Notes: generated by a model not told the origin, from the letters alone. Positions 16,901 to 27,011 are shown, counted from the stretch's first letter. The stretch: 41,441 nucleotides of DNA from Bacteroidales bacterium (GCA_030638325.1 DAOWEV010000210.1:1-41441); one strand, 5' to 3'. Translations and numbers: made by a program.

Positions 16901-19511
16901 TAAAGAAAAATACCAGGTTGGAGAAACTGCAACAATCACTTTTCCATCGAGTGATAATAGTCGTGCTCTCGTGAGCCTTGAAAACGGGACCGGAATTTTA
17001 GATACCTACTGGGTGGAAACAACAGATCCTGAGACAAAATTTTCATTGAAGATTACGGAAGATATGTGTCCGAATATTTACGTGAATCTTAGCTTGATCC
17101 AGCCTCATGCACAATCTGCTAATGACCTGCCGATTCGTTTATATGGCATAAAATCATTGCTGGTCGAGGATCTGAACACAAAATTGATTCCAGTTATTGA
17201 GATGCCTGATGAAATCCGTCCTGAAGAAATAGTATCAATTAAAGTTTATGAAGAGTATGGAAAAGCTATGGGATTCACTTTGGCAGTGGTTGATGAAGGT
17301 TTATTGGACCTTACCCGGTTTAAAACCCCGGATCCATGGGGCACTTTCTATGCGAAAGAAGCACTTGGTATAAAAACCTGGGATATCTATGATTATGTGA
17401 TAGGCGCTTATGGGGCGGAACTTGAAAAACTTTTTGCAATAGGCGGTGGAATGGAGGAAGAAGAAAAAGGTAAATCGAAGATTAACAGGTTTAAGCCTGT
17501 AGTGAAATTTTTTGGTCCGTTTGATCTGCCTCAGGGTGAAGAAAAGGAAATCACTTTCATTATGCCAAATTACGTAGGATCAGTGCGGACAATGTTAATT
17601 GCAGCCGGTGATGGTGCCTATGGATCTGCTGAAATTACTTCAGTTGTTAAAAAGCCGTTAATGGTATTGGCAAGTTTGCCGAGGGTTCTTGGGCCGGGCG
17701 AGGAAGTCACCCTTCCGGTTAATGTATTTGCAATGGATAAGGATGTTAAAAATGTTAATATCTCTGTCGAAACAAATAAAAACCTGACAATTCAGGGGCC
17801 TTCTTCAAAGAAAATGGAATTTACCGGTATCGGAACAGAATTGGTTGACTTTAAGCTGGAAGTTGAAGACATTTTGGGTATTGGCAAGGTCAAAATAATT
17901 GCAAAAAGTGGAAATGAAACGGCATCGCAGGAGATAGAGATCGAAATACGAAATCCAAACCCTCCCGTATCAAAATCAGTATTCAAAATACTTGAAGCAG
18001 GAGAAGAAAGCGAATTTCTTGTGGATCTTCCTGGAATTGTGGGGACTAATGAAGCAAGCCTGGAAATTTCATCACTCCCTCCAGTTGATTTTAGCAGGCG
18101 TTTGAAATACCTTTTACGTTACCCACATGGTTGTGCCGAGCAAATTATATCTGCTGCATTTCCACAGCTTTTCCTGGAGAATGTTATGGAACTGAGTAAT
18201 TCTGAAAAAGAAGCATCCGAAAAGAATGTTAAACTTGCCATTAACAAGATACATCGCATCCAGATGAGCAACGGTGGTTTACGGTACTGGCCTGGTTATA
18301 CACATGCAAATGATTGGGTGACATCCTACGGCGGCCATTTCATGCTGGAGGCTGAAAAGAAAGGTTTTACTTTACCTGCGGGTTTCAGGGAAAGCTGGAT
18401 TAAATACCAGAAAACTGCTGCAAATAACTGGAAACGAAAGGTGCAAGACTTCCGGGGTTATTATTACCAGCCCTACCTGAGTCAGGCCTATCGCCTTTAT
18501 ACACTCGCACTGGCCGGGCAAGCACAACTGGGAGCCATGAATCGACTTAAAGAGGAAACCGGGTTAACAGTTGCAGCAAAATGGAGGCTCGCAGGAGCTT
18601 ATGCACTGGCAGGCCAACCCGAAGCTGCTCTCGAATTAATCACCAGCCTTGGCTATGTGGTGGAAGAATATAAGCATATGTCAGCATCATTTGGTTCATC
18701 ATTAAGGGACAGGGCCATGATACTGGAAACCATGAGTTTGCTGGACCTTAATGAAGAAGCTATTCCACTGATGTTGCAGATCTCCGGGCAAATGGGTGAC
18801 CAACACTGGTATAGTACACAAACAACTGCCTTTTGTCTGGTTTCAATCGCAAGCTTTACAGGAAACCAAAAACAACAGGGGGAGCCATTGAAATTTGAAC
18901 TTGGCATTGGTGATGAAGATGGAAAAGAAATTATTAGTGTTAAACCTTATTATCAACTCTCGCTGGATGTTAATGAAAAACAGCAGGAAAAACTTTTTGT
19001 GAACAACACTTCTTCATCCAGCTTATATATAGTAATTAATTCTTCAGGAACCCCGCTTGTGGATGAACAACCGGCAATTGCTCAAAATCTTTCTTTAGAC
19101 CTTACGTTTTTTGATTTGTCAGGAAAGGAAATCGATATAACAAAGATTGAACAGGGAACCGATTTCATTGCTGAAGTTACAATAGTTAACCCTGGAATTA
19201 TGGGGCGTTTAAATGACATGGCATTAACCCAGATCTTTCCCTCCGGATGGGAAATAATCAACACACGACTGGGAGATTATGACCGGGACAATGCAGGCGA
19301 TTCCCCGGATTACCAGGATTTCAGGGATGACCGGGTGTATACTTATTTTGATATCTCTCCAGGCCATAAATTGAAATTCAGAGTATTGCTTAATGCCTCT
19401 TATCTTGGGAAATTTTATTTGCCGGCGGTTTCCTGTGAGGCTATGTACGATAATCATATACAAGCGAGGGAACCCGGGAAATGGGTAAAAGTTGTGAGGG
19501 CTGGAGAGTGA
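13938..19511 (+). CDS. Bacterial alpha-2-macroglobulin lipoprotein (YfhM family)
   Basis: Lipobox IISSC; motifs DRGVWRPGD, LAVVDEG, thioester YPHGCAEQ and DFRDDRV; 1857 aa; adjacent to pbpC. Confidence 0.95.
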   Translation: MLSLKRPLKIASVFLILLFIISSCEHQEKKQCTEQELSEYVLAYTSGVISSGSGIKVRLANIPENWYVGEMIPYGYFRFDPPVHGTAYLREFNVIEFVPENNFKSGKEYKLDFHLGKIFTNTPGYLKTIPFSFTIISQDFEIDAIGLSLSGDDNLYIYKGIIRTADIITDFELEKILNAWINNKKMDIQWEHNASGRSHTFKISGIPRLDNEQELIIKWDGKEIDVDKTGSETVKIPSKEVFNISSVQVVQEPEQYVVIRFSDPIDNEMNLDGLITMTSADKLKFTISGNTIKVYPGQTLNGAQKLEIFSGIKNSVGRRLPKNYEYILSFEDLKPAVKLLSNGVILPSSEGLVLNFEAVNLKAVDLTIFRIYENNIPQFLQVNRMGESNEMTRIGKPILKKQVKLATASNTNFSNWSVYSLELSEIINQEPGALYRVLISFKKEYSTYDCYESGENEKDELLLETTYDLDEEFSGWDAPYYYNSYYPQGYRWSQRDNPCHVSYYYRDRFKSTNLLVSDLGIIAKGATDHSMFFAVTDLKSTNTIGGVILEVYDYQNQLLETIKTGQDGFAELTFNKKPYLLVASHNRQKGYLRLDDGTSLSMSKFDVNGMRVQKGLKGFIYGDRGVWRPGDTLFLNFILYDEDNVLPEGHPVKMELYNPQGQLVKSKVGIDNAFGIYNFTMTTYSSAPTGNWRAKVRVGNIEFSRRIRVETIKPNRLKIKLDLGNDKILASTGFVKGSIQSNWLHGAPAKDLRASIEMTLNRSYTAFENYPDFTFTDPTKYFESTTSIIFDDTLNDSGFARFNSQLGNSSRAPGMLKAIFYTRIFEKGGDFSFDYYSLPYSPYNKYIGIKPPEGDDRNQLLTDSIHKIEIITVDYHGNPVQTKGLVVRVLKVNWNWWWNATDNDLASYYGDEYLNPVEETKVSTDQNGKASFKFSIPYPSWGRYLIHVSDPVGGHACGKSVFVDWPGYAGRDRAGHPEAASMLNFTSDKEKYQVGETATITFPSSDNSRALVSLENGTGILDTYWVETTDPETKFSLKITEDMCPNIYVNLSLIQPHAQSANDLPIRLYGIKSLLVEDLNTKLIPVIEMPDEIRPEEIVSIKVYEEYGKAMGFTLAVVDEGLLDLTRFKTPDPWGTFYAKEALGIKTWDIYDYVIGAYGAELEKLFAIGGGMEEEEKGKSKINRFKPVVKFFGPFDLPQGEEKEITFIMPNYVGSVRTMLIAAGDGAYGSAEITSVVKKPLMVLASLPRVLGPGEEVTLPVNVFAMDKDVKNVNISVETNKNLTIQGPSSKKMEFTGIGTELVDFKLEVEDILGIGKVKIIAKSGNETASQEIEIEIRNPNPPVSKSVFKILEAGEESEFLVDLPGIVGTNEASLEISSLPPVDFSRRLKYLLRYPHGCAEQIISAAFPQLFLENVMELSNSEKEASEKNVKLAINKIHRIQMSNGGLRYWPGYTHANDWVTSYGGHFMLEAEKKGFTLPAGFRESWIKYQKTAANNWKRKVQDFRGYYYQPYLSQAYRLYTLALAGQAQLGAMNRLKEETGLTVAAKWRLAGAYALAGQPEAALELITSLGYVVEEYKHMSASFGSSLRDRAMILETMSLLDLNEEAIPLMLQISGQMGDQHWYSTQTTAFCLVSIASFTGNQKQQGEPLKFELGIGDEDGKEIISVKPYYQLSLDVNEKQQEKLFVNNTSSSSLYIVINSSGTPLVDEQPAIAQNLSLDLTFFDLSGKEIDITKIEQGTDFIAEVTIVNPGIMGRLNDMALTQIFPSGWEIINTRLGDYDRDNAGDSPDYQDFRDDRVYTYFDISPGHKLKFRVLLNASYLGKFYLPAVSCEAMYDNHIQAREPGKWVKVVRAGE

Positions 19512-19513
19512 AA

Positions 19514-19548
19514 ATTGTCGATTGTCAATTGTCAGTTGTCGATTGTCA
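19514..19548 (+). repeat. ATTGTC(A/G) heptamer x5
   Basis: Starts 2 nt after the stop codon; the same family occurs at 32612-32639. Confidence 0.9.
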
Positions 19549-19607
19549 ATTTTTAATGATCATTATTTATTAATACCGGATAGATAATAATGCTTAGATA
19601 GCGAAAT

Positions 19608-21971
19608 ATGAGAAGCTTAATACTTGGGATTAAGATGCTTGCGGGTAGTTTAATAATTACCGGAGGGGTGGTTTTTTGGTTTTGCCTGCCAATCAATTTA
19701 TTCAATGACCCATATTCGACGGTCCTCGAAGATAAATATGGAGGGCTACTCGGGGCCAGGATTGCTGATGATGGCCAATGGAGGTTCCCTGAGAATGATG
19801 ATGTTCCAGAGAAATTTGAAAAATCTATCCTTTTATTCGAAGATGAACACTTTTATCTTCACCCGGGAGTTAATCCATTCTCTTTGATCAGGGCAGCTTA
19901 CCAGAATATGAAAGAGGGCGAAATTGTAAGTGGTGGGAGTACCATCACAATGCAGGTGATCCGCATGTCGCGCAAGGGTAAAGCCCGGACACTGCAGCAA
20001 AAGCTGATCGAAATTTTTATGGCTTTGAGGTTGGAAATGAGGATGAGCAAAAAGGAGATTCTTGGCCTTTATGTTTCTCATGCGCCTTTCGGGGGAAATG
20101 TAGTTGGACTGGGAGCTGCTTCCTGGCGATATTTTAACAGGCCACCTCAGGCTCTGTCCTGGGCAGAAGCGGCAACATTAGCAGTTTTACCCAACGCCCC
20201 TGCATTGATTCATCCGGGGAGAAACCGCGATGCTTTAATTACTAAAAGGAATAAACTCTTAAAAAAGCTTTTTGAAAATGGTAATATTGATTCCCTTAGC
20301 TGTTACCTTGCAATGTTGGAAGTACTCCCACAAAAGCCTGTACCCCTGCCACAAAAAGCCCGTCATTTATTAAGCAGGGTCTTCCGGGATAAAAAAGGGG
20401 AAATTGTAAAAACTACGATTGATCCCTATCTACAGGACCAGATTGAAGAAATTGTCCTTAATCATAACAAATTCTGGTCGGATAATCACGTATATAATGC
20501 AGCCATCCTTGTTGCTGAAGTTGAAACAGGTGATATTGTGGCATATATTGGTAATATTCCAAAATACGGGCAAAGAGAACATGGAAACGAGGTAGATATT
20601 ATTCAGTCACGCAGGAGTTCCGGCAGTATCCTAAAGCCGATCCTTTTTGCTGCCAAAAACGATGCAGGTGAAATATTGCCCAATACCCTTGTGCCGGATA
20701 TCCCATTACAGATAGGAGGGTTCACACCCAAAAATTTCAGTCTTTCATACGAAGGCATGGTCCCTGCGCAACAAGCCCTGAGCAGGTCACTAAACATTCC
20801 TTCAGTATTTATGCTTAAGGATTTTGGATTACAGCGTTTTCATCATCTTTTGCGCGATATCGGTATGAGTACCATCATTTACCCGGCCGATCATTATGGT
20901 TTGTCTTTGATTTTGGGAGGGGCTGAAGTTACCTTGTGGGACCTGGTTGGGGTATATGCAAGTTTTTCAAGAACACTAAATCATTTTTATGATTACAGTG
21001 GAAGGTATGATCCCGGAGATTTCAGAAGTTTGAATTTCATTTTTAATAAGCGGAATTATACATCTAAAAACTTTGGGGATTTAGAAAAAACGTCTTTAAT
21101 AAGTGCCTCGGCCATATGGCAAACATATGAAGCCTTGTCGAGGGTCAATCGTCCTGTTGCTTTAAAAAGCTGGCAAAATTTTTCATCCATGGGAAAAGTT
21201 GCATGGAAAACGGGAACCAGCTTTGGTTTTCGTGATGCATGGGCGGTAGGCACGACTCCTGCTTACGTGGTTGGCGTATGGATGGGAAATGCTGATGGTG
21301 AGGGCAGGCCCGGGCTTACAGGCCTTAATGCTGCTGCCCCGGCACTTTTTGATGTATTTTCATTGCTGCCCGGTTCAGGCTGGTTTGATATACCTTACGA
21401 TGAAATGAGCCGGATAGCAGTGTGCAAACAAAGCGGGCACAGACCAGGCATGTATTGCACTGACACTGTTTTCCAATGGGTATGTAATACCGGATTGAAA
21501 ACTGAACCATGTCCATATCATATTCTGACCCATGTAGATCAAAATAAAGAATTTCGCGTGAATATTGATTGTGAAGATCAATCGAATATAATTGCTTCAT
21601 CATGGTTTGTATTACCTGCTGTCCCCGAATGGTATTATGCCAAAAAGCATGCATGCTATAAAAGCTTACCACCTGTACGAAGAGATTGCTATTCCGGTGA
21701 TGAGCCGGCAATGGGGTTTATTTTTCCCGCACCCTCATCTAAAATTTTTGTCCCTACCGACCTGGGTGGAAAAGAAGGTAAAACTGTTTTCAAGCTTGCG
21801 CATAGAATCCCCGAAACCGTGGTATACTGGCACCTTGATGATACATATATCGGCCATACTTCAGGCCAGCATCAAATGGGATTAAATCCCTTACCTGGTA
21901 ACCATGTTATTACGGCCGTTGATGAATCGGGTAATTCAATTTCCAGGGAATTTGAAATTGTTAATGATTAA
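19608..21971 (+). CDS. pbpC: Penicillin-binding protein 1C
   Basis: Transglycosylase motifs EDxHFYxHPGVN and GGSTITMQ; transpeptidase motifs SILK, SLN and KTG; C-terminal BiPBP domain; paired with alpha-2-macroglobulin. Confidence 0.95.
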   Translation: MRSLILGIKMLAGSLIITGGVVFWFCLPINLFNDPYSTVLEDKYGGLLGARIADDGQWRFPENDDVPEKFEKSILLFEDEHFYLHPGVNPFSLIRAAYQNMKEGEIVSGGSTITMQVIRMSRKGKARTLQQKLIEIFMALRLEMRMSKKEILGLYVSHAPFGGNVVGLGAASWRYFNRPPQALSWAEAATLAVLPNAPALIHPGRNRDALITKRNKLLKKLFENGNIDSLSCYLAMLEVLPQKPVPLPQKARHLLSRVFRDKKGEIVKTTIDPYLQDQIEEIVLNHNKFWSDNHVYNAAILVAEVETGDIVAYIGNIPKYGQREHGNEVDIIQSRRSSGSILKPILFAAKNDAGEILPNTLVPDIPLQIGGFTPKNFSLSYEGMVPAQQALSRSLNIPSVFMLKDFGLQRFHHLLRDIGMSTIIYPADHYGLSLILGGAEVTLWDLVGVYASFSRTLNHFYDYSGRYDPGDFRSLNFIFNKRNYTSKNFGDLEKTSLISASAIWQTYEALSRVNRPVALKSWQNFSSMGKVAWKTGTSFGFRDAWAVGTTPAYVVGVWMGNADGEGRPGLTGLNAAAPALFDVFSLLPGSGWFDIPYDEMSRIAVCKQSGHRPGMYCTDTVFQWVCNTGLKTEPCPYHILTHVDQNKEFRVNIDCEDQSNIIASSWFVLPAVPEWYYAKKHACYKSLPPVRRDCYSGDEPAMGFIFPAPSSKIFVPTDLGGKEGKTVFKLAHRIPETVVYWHLDDTYIGHTSGQHQMGLNPLPGNHVITAVDESGNSISREFEIVND

Positions 21972-22013
21972 TGATGTATTATTTCTATTTTCGGTTCAAC
22001 CGCAAATTTAATG

Positions 22014-22202
<189 letters not shown>

Positions 22203-22216
22203 CCAATTTCTATTTT

Positions 22217-23242
22217 CTAATTTCTAACAACCCGGTCAAGCCTGTTAAGTCCCTCAATAGCACGATCATAGGCTGGGTCAAGTTGCAGGCATTTCTTATA
22301 ATCCTTCCTGGATTCAGTATAATTATTAGACAGCTCGTAACTGTACCCACGGTTAAACCAGGCGTCAACATATTTTGTGTTACGGTCGATGGCATCTGAG
22401 AAATACCTTATTGCCAGTTGGAAATCTCTCAGGTAAACGAGGTTGATGTATCCCAGGTTATAATAAGCCTCTGTATAATCGGGGTCAATGGTCAGCAGGT
22501 TCTCATAGTTCCGTATGGCATTATCAAACTCTTCATTTTGCTGGTAAAACATCCCCAGCATATAATAGCCCTCAGGGTCATTGGGCTGACTATTGATAGC
22601 ATTTTCAAAATATCCGATAGCCAGCCGGTCATTTTTTAATGAATAAAGATAACCCAACTGCATAAAGACTTCGTAATAGGTTTGGTCCTGCCCGGTGGCG
22701 ATCATAAAATTACGTACGGCAGAGGCAGTATCTCCTGTCTCCATCAGCGCATAACCCCTGATAAAATATGCAACAGGATTGATGTCATCCAGAGCCAGGG
22801 CTTTTTTTACATATTGAAATGTTTTGTCGTAATCCCTCAACACAAGATATATCTCTGCCTGTTTCAGCAGTCCTTCATTGTTTTCAGGATCCAGTTCTTC
22901 GACTTTCTGCAAGGCTTCCAGGCTGTTAGCAATTTTGTCCATGGCCAGATAGATATCCGAAAGGGTAATAAAATAAACCGCATTCCGGTTATCCAGTTGA
23001 ATTGCCTGATTGATATCGCCAAGAGCGCCATTTAACTCCTGGTCGACAAGAAGAAGCCGGGCCCGTTCATTGTATAGCTTTGCATTTCCGGGATCTTCTT
23101 TCAGTTTTTTGCCAATCTGCTCTATGCGTGTCACCTGACTTGCACCTGAATCATGGCTGTCACCACGATCAGGCGAAGGCACACAAGCCTGCAACAGGCT
23201 AAATAAAATAAACCAAAATAATATGCAGCGCATTTGCTTCAT
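22217..23242 (-). CDS. Tetratricopeptide-repeat lipoprotein
   Basis: Lipobox LLQAC; about 8 TPR-like 34-aa repeats (AYYNLG, AWFNRG, A..ldP). Confidence 0.88.
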   Translation of the reverse strand: MKQMRCILFWFILFSLLQACVPSPDRGDSHDSGASQVTRIEQIGKKLKEDPGNAKLYNERARLLLVDQELNGALGDINQAIQLDNRNAVYFITLSDIYLAMDKIANSLEALQKVEELDPENNEGLLKQAEIYLVLRDYDKTFQYVKKALALDDINPVAYFIRGYALMETGDTASAVRNFMIATGQDQTYYEVFMQLGYLYSLKNDRLAIGYFENAINSQPNDPEGYYMLGMFYQQNEEFDNAIRNYENLLTIDPDYTEAYYNLGYINLVYLRDFQLAIRYFSDAIDRNTKYVDAWFNRGYSYELSNNYTESRKDYKKCLQLDPAYDRAIEGLNRLDRVVRN

Positions 23243-23383
23243 TATGCAGTCAGATTAAAACTAAGGTATTCGGAAATTTCGGACATCAGCAACCAATAAC
23301 ATTCGACTTGCAACCCATAACCAGGCTCTTAAAAAGCCAAACATACCATCCACCTGGACGGATCAAATTGGATGTTTTCGAAA

Positions 23384-23478
23384 TTCAATTCCCGCATAGC
23401 GGTTTCAATTCCTAATTCGTAATTCCTAATTCGTAATTCCTAATTCTTAATTCCTAATTCCTAATTGATTTAGTATCT
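23384..23478 (-). repeat. Anchor AGATACTAAATCAATT plus (AGGAATT/ACGAATT) array and GAAACCGCTATGCGGGAATTGAA trailer
   Basis: Same anchor at 9233 and 30722; same trailer at 30752-30774. Confidence 0.88.
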
Positions 23479-23512
23479 GTTTAATAGATAAACTTTAACT
23501 AGAAACCACTGT

Positions 23513-24532
23513 TCACTTGCTTTCCCTAAGTTTCTCCCGGATCTTGGTTTCCAACTCCTCAGCAAGCTCGGGATTATCGTTCAGGAGGCTTTTAACGGCT
23601 TCCCGGCCCTGTCCGAGTTTCGTTTCACCGTAACTGAACCACGATCCGCTCTTTTTAATAATTTCAAAGTCAACCCCCAGGTCGATGATTTCTCCGGCTC
23701 TGGAAATACCGGTACCGAAAATAATATCAAATTCCGCTTTGGTAAACGGAGGTGATACTTTATTCTTGACCACTTTGACACGGGTCCTGTTTCCAATATA
23801 CTTCTCCCCTTCCTTGATACTGGTGATCCTGCGAATATCCAGCCTGACAGAAGAATAGAATTTCAATGCATGGCCCCCTGTCGTAGTTTCCGGGTTTCCA
23901 AACATCACCCCGATCTTTTCCCTGAGTTGGTTGATAAAGATGCAACAAGTGCCCGTTTTGGCAATGTTTGCAGTTAATTTCCTCAATGCCTGTGACATCA
24001 GTCTGGCATGCAGGCCCATCTTGGACTCTCCCATTTCGCCTTCGATCTCACTCCTCGGTGTGAGGGCTGCAACAGAGTCAATCACGACAATATCAATGGC
24101 TCCGGAACGGATCAGGTTATCCACGATCTCTAAAGCCTGTTCTCCGTTATCAGGCTGTGAAACCAGCAGGTTATCAATATCCAGGCCCAGTTTTTCGGCA
24201 TAAAAGCGATCGAATGCATGCTCTGCATCAATAAAGGCGGCTATTCCACCTTTTTTCTGGGCTTCGGCAATAACATGCAGGGCCAGGGTTGTTTTTCCGC
24301 TCGACTCGGGACCGAAGATCTCACTGACACGGCCACGGGGAAGCCCTCCGATACCCAAAGCCGCATCCAGCGCTATAGACCCGGTTGAAATAGCCGGTAT
24401 ATCTTCCACAGCCACGTCACCAAGTTTCATGATGGTTCCTTTGCCATAATGCTTTTCAATATTCCCCAATGTCAGTTCCAATGCTTTCAGTTTCTCTTTG
24501 TTGATCTGTTCGTTGCCTTTTTCCTTGCTCAT
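23513..24532 (-). CDS. recA: Recombinase RecA
   Basis: Motifs [22 protein letters not shown] and [22 protein letters not shown]. Confidence 0.99.
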   Translation of the reverse strand: MSKEKGNEQINKEKLKALELTLGNIEKHYGKGTIMKLGDVAVEDIPAISTGSIALDAALGIGGLPRGRVSEIFGPESSGKTTLALHVIAEAQKKGGIAAFIDAEHAFDRFYAEKLGLDIDNLLVSQPDNGEQALEIVDNLIRSGAIDIVVIDSVAALTPRSEIEGEMGESKMGLHARLMSQALRKLTANIAKTGTCCIFINQLREKIGVMFGNPETTTGGHALKFYSSVRLDIRRITSIKEGEKYIGNRTRVKVVKNKVSPPFTKAEFDIIFGTGISRAGEIIDLGVDFEIIKKSGSWFSYGETKLGQGREAVKSLLNDNPELAEELETKIREKLRESK

Positions 24533-24552
24533 TGTAAAAGTTTTATAAAATT

Positions 24553-24639
24553 TCAGATTCCCAATTCATTCAATATTTGTGCTGTATGGTCTTTCGTTTT
24601 CACTTTCGTGATGATCTTTTGTATGATCCCATTTTCATC
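24553..24639 (-). pseudogene. bcp: C-terminal remnant of a Bcp/PrxQ thiol peroxidase
   Basis: Minus strand reads [28 protein letters not shown], resembling the Bacteroidota Bcp C-terminus (IDExGxIxxIIxKVKTKxHxxQIL); no in-frame start between it and the promoter. Confidence 0.7.
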
Positions 24640-24664
24640 ATTTTTCCCGTTTATAAGGGATGAA

Positions 24665-24672
24665 CAAAGATA
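24665..24672 (-). promoter_or_regulatory. -7 box TATCTTTG driving the bcp remnant and recA
   Basis: Reverse complement of CAAAGATA. Confidence 0.65.
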
Positions 24673-24715
24673 TTTATTTTTAAGCTCCATCAATTTGAAA
24701 GATATTAACATTCAG

Positions 24716-24820
24716 CTCTCAACCCACTTCTCACCTCTTCGGACTTCCGACTTCGGACTTCCGACTTCGGACTTCCGACTTCTCTCAACTCTCATCTCTC
24801 AACTCTCATCTCTCATTTCA
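24716..24820 (-). repeat. GAG(T/A)TGA and AAGTC(G/C)G arrays overlapping the nth 3' end
   Basis: The last nth codons (EMRDES*) are encoded by repeat units; CGG/CCG alternation gives a 14-nt super-period. Confidence 0.9.
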
Positions 24821-25443
24821 TAGTATTCGCAAAATCCCGTCAGTCCGCACTCATCGCATTTGGGCTTGCGTGCCAGGCAGATGTATCTGCCATGCAAGAT
24901 AAGCCAGTGATGCGCCAGCGGTATTTTTTCCTCCGGGATGAATTTAATGAGTTGCCTCTCCGCCTGCAACGGTGTCCTGGCATTTGTAGTCAGGCCTATT
25001 CTGGCCGCTACCCTGAACACATGCGTATCCACAGCCATAGCGGGCAGGTTATAAACAACCGAAGCAATTACATTGGCAGTCTTGCGGCCTACTCCCGGCA
25101 ATTCCTGCAAGGTTTTTACATCTGCCGGAACCACACCCCTAAATTTTTCTGTCAGCATTTTCGCCATTCCGGTCAGGTGTTTTGTTTTATTGTTCGGATA
25201 AGAACAGCTTTTAACCAGTTCAAATACTTCCTCAAGGGAAGCTTTAGCAAGCTTTTCGGCAGTTGGAAACCTCAAAAAGAAACCTGGTGTTATAATGTTC
25301 ACCCGTTTATCAGTACACTGGGCCGATAAAATAACAGCCACCAGGAGTTGATATGGATCTGCATATTCCAGCTCAGTCTCTGCCTCAGGCTGATGCGTTG
25401 AGAAATATACTATGAAACGATTGTATCTTTCCTTTTTTGTCAA
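24799..25443 (-). CDS. nth: Endonuclease III (TTG start)
   Basis: Motifs LSAQCTD, HhH LPGVGRKTA, VDTHVFRV and 4Fe-4S C-X6-C-X2-C-X5-C. Confidence 0.96.
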   Translation of the reverse strand: MTKKERYNRFIVYFSTHQPEAETELEYADPYQLLVAVILSAQCTDKRVNIITPGFFLRFPTAEKLAKASLEEVFELVKSCSYPNNKTKHLTGMAKMLTEKFRGVVPADVKTLQELPGVGRKTANVIASVVYNLPAMAVDTHVFRVAARIGLTTNARTPLQAERQLIKFIPEEKIPLAHHWLILHGRYICLARKPKCDECGLTGFCEYYEMRDES

Positions 25444-25586
25444 TTTTTTTTGTTATTGTGTTGTATTGTTTCTATAATCATGTCATCCCTTCGGGATTTG
25501 TTTTTCGTTCTTTTTGTTTTTTTTAGGCTATAGTCTAAAAATGATATGATATAACATATAAAAAAAATACTTTTTATACAGAGGTT

Positions 25587-25611
25587 AACTTCCAACTTTC
25601 AACTTTCAACT
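25587..25611 (-). repeat. AAGTTGA heptamer x3
   Basis: Plus strand AACTTCC AACTTTC AACTTTC AACT. Confidence 0.6.
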
Positions 25612-25674
25612 CCTCATTAATAATGAGGGTATATCTATTAATCGGCGAAACCCAAAAATATACCCGAAAATAAT

Positions 25675-25720
25675 AAAAAAAATCCCCGGCTAACTTGCCT
25701 GATGACAAATTTACCGGGGA
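25675..25720 (-). terminator. Probable intrinsic terminator downstream of the ECF sigma operon
   Basis: Minus strand TCCCCGG-TAAATTTGTC-ATCA-GGCAAGTTAG-CCGGGGA followed by T8. Confidence 0.6.
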
Positions 25721-25757
25721 CCAATTGATTGATAAATATGGTTCAGCCACATATTTA

Positions 25758-25850
25758 ACGGAAGTCGGAAGTCCGAAGTCAGAAGTCGGAAAGGGTTTAA
25801 CAACTTCTGTCTTCCGTCTCCGGACTTCCGACTACAATAATGGCAATGCC
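25758..25850. repeat. Inverted GGAAGTC/GACTTCC heptamer arrays plus AATAATGGCAATGCC anchor
   Basis: Read directly; can form a long hairpin; the anchor is 5 nt from the stop codon of the small ORF. Confidence 0.85.
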
Positions 25851-25855
25851 ATAAG

Positions 25856-26041
25856 TTAATTCAGGATCATATTAACCTGACCGGTAAGGCTGGTTTTCAG
25901 TACTGTTAGAGCACTGGAGTATCCCAGCAGGTTTCTGATCACTTTTTTGCTCGGGCGGACATTCACAACCCTATCTGTGAAATACCTGTCGAGTTCGTTT
26001 GTGTACCGGTTTAAATCATTGAGGGTAAAGCTTCTCTCCAT
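25856..26041 (-). CDS. Small hypothetical protein (61 aa) downstream of the ECF sigma factor
   Basis: ATG start with A-rich leader, co-directional with the sigma gene; its C-terminal PSxxxIxxxLxYSxAL...LN pattern resembles small Bacteroidota proteins I recall at this position. Confidence 0.65.
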   Translation of the reverse strand: MERSFTLNDLNRYTNELDRYFTDRVVNVRPSKKVIRNLLGYSSALTVLKTSLTGQVNMILN

Positions 26042-26143
26042 ACAAAATTGTTTATTAATAATTAATTTACAATCTTGGAACGGAGAAAACCAATGGTTTA
26101 TTATAGATGTGGAAAACTTTTATCGTAACGCAAGCGATGCGAC

Positions 26144-26731
26144 TTAGACAGTCAGAACAACCTCTTTCTCCTTAATAAGCTTACGGATGTTGATCAGGGC
26201 ATAACGCATACGTCCGAGGGCAGTGTTGATACTTACGCCAGTCTGTTCGGCAATGTCTTTGAAACTCATGTCATAGTAATGCCGCATATACAGCACTTCT
26301 TTCTGTTCTGCCGGAAGGTGTTCGATCAGGACCCGAACATCCTGATGTATTTGATCCGTAACGATCCTCTCTTCAATGGATGGGTCGGTAAATTTGATCG
26401 TCTCGAAAATATCAAAATCCTCATGACTGTTATCAAACAGCGGTAATCTCCTGGACTTCCTGAAATGGTCGATTATCAGGTTATGGGCGATACGCATCAC
26501 CCATTGGATGAACTTGCCTTCTTCCTTATAGGATCCGGCACGGATGGTGTTGATAACCTTGATGAAAGTATCCTGGAATATATCGTCAGCCAATTGCTTA
26601 TCCCGTACGATCATAAGAATATAGGCGAATACTTTGTCCTGGTGCCGGTGGATCAATCGCTCCAGGCTGGTTTGACTACCGTCTAAATATTCGCAAATCA
26701 GCTGCTTATCGCTAATTTTGATAGCATTCAT
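26144..26731 (-). CDS. ECF-type RNA polymerase sigma-70 factor
   Basis: Region 2 ADDIFQDTFIK..F..WVMRIAHN..IDHFRK; region 4 LP.EQKEV..MSFKDIAE..GVSINTALGRMRYA. Confidence 0.95.
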   Translation of the reverse strand: MNAIKISDKQLICEYLDGSQTSLERLIHRHQDKVFAYILMIVRDKQLADDIFQDTFIKVINTIRAGSYKEEGKFIQWVMRIAHNLIIDHFRKSRRLPLFDNSHEDFDIFETIKFTDPSIEERIVTDQIHQDVRVLIEHLPAEQKEVLYMRHYYDMSFKDIAEQTGVSINTALGRMRYALINIRKLIKEKEVVLTV

Positions 26732-26869
26732 AATGCCTCCCTTTTTAATATTTTATGTTATAAAAAAGGTAAATATTTATTCGATAGCCGTCCTCCTGTT
26801 TTTTAGGTAAGTTGTAAATATTCTTTATAAAACCTGAAAAAAAAATTAAAAATTTCCTTTTCCTGATTG

Positions 26870-26877
26870 CAAAGATA
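26870..26877 (-). promoter_or_regulatory. -7 box TATCTTTG for the ECF sigma gene
   Basis: Reverse complement of CAAAGATA; TTG upstream at appropriate spacing. Confidence 0.6.
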
Positions 26878-27011
26878 ACACCATAATTTAAAAATGCAAC
26901 TGATTATTAATATTTTTGCAAATTTATTCTCCATCTTATACGCAAATATTAAAAAATAGTTTTATTTAATGTTAGAGACTGTTTTAAGAATAGCGTAAAA
27001 ATTCAGAAGTA

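Noticed and set aside
13938-21971. Alpha-2-macroglobulin-pbpC pair as a novel system
   Set aside because: This is a well-known conserved gene pair (yfhM-pbpC), and the thioester motif is intact and ordinary.
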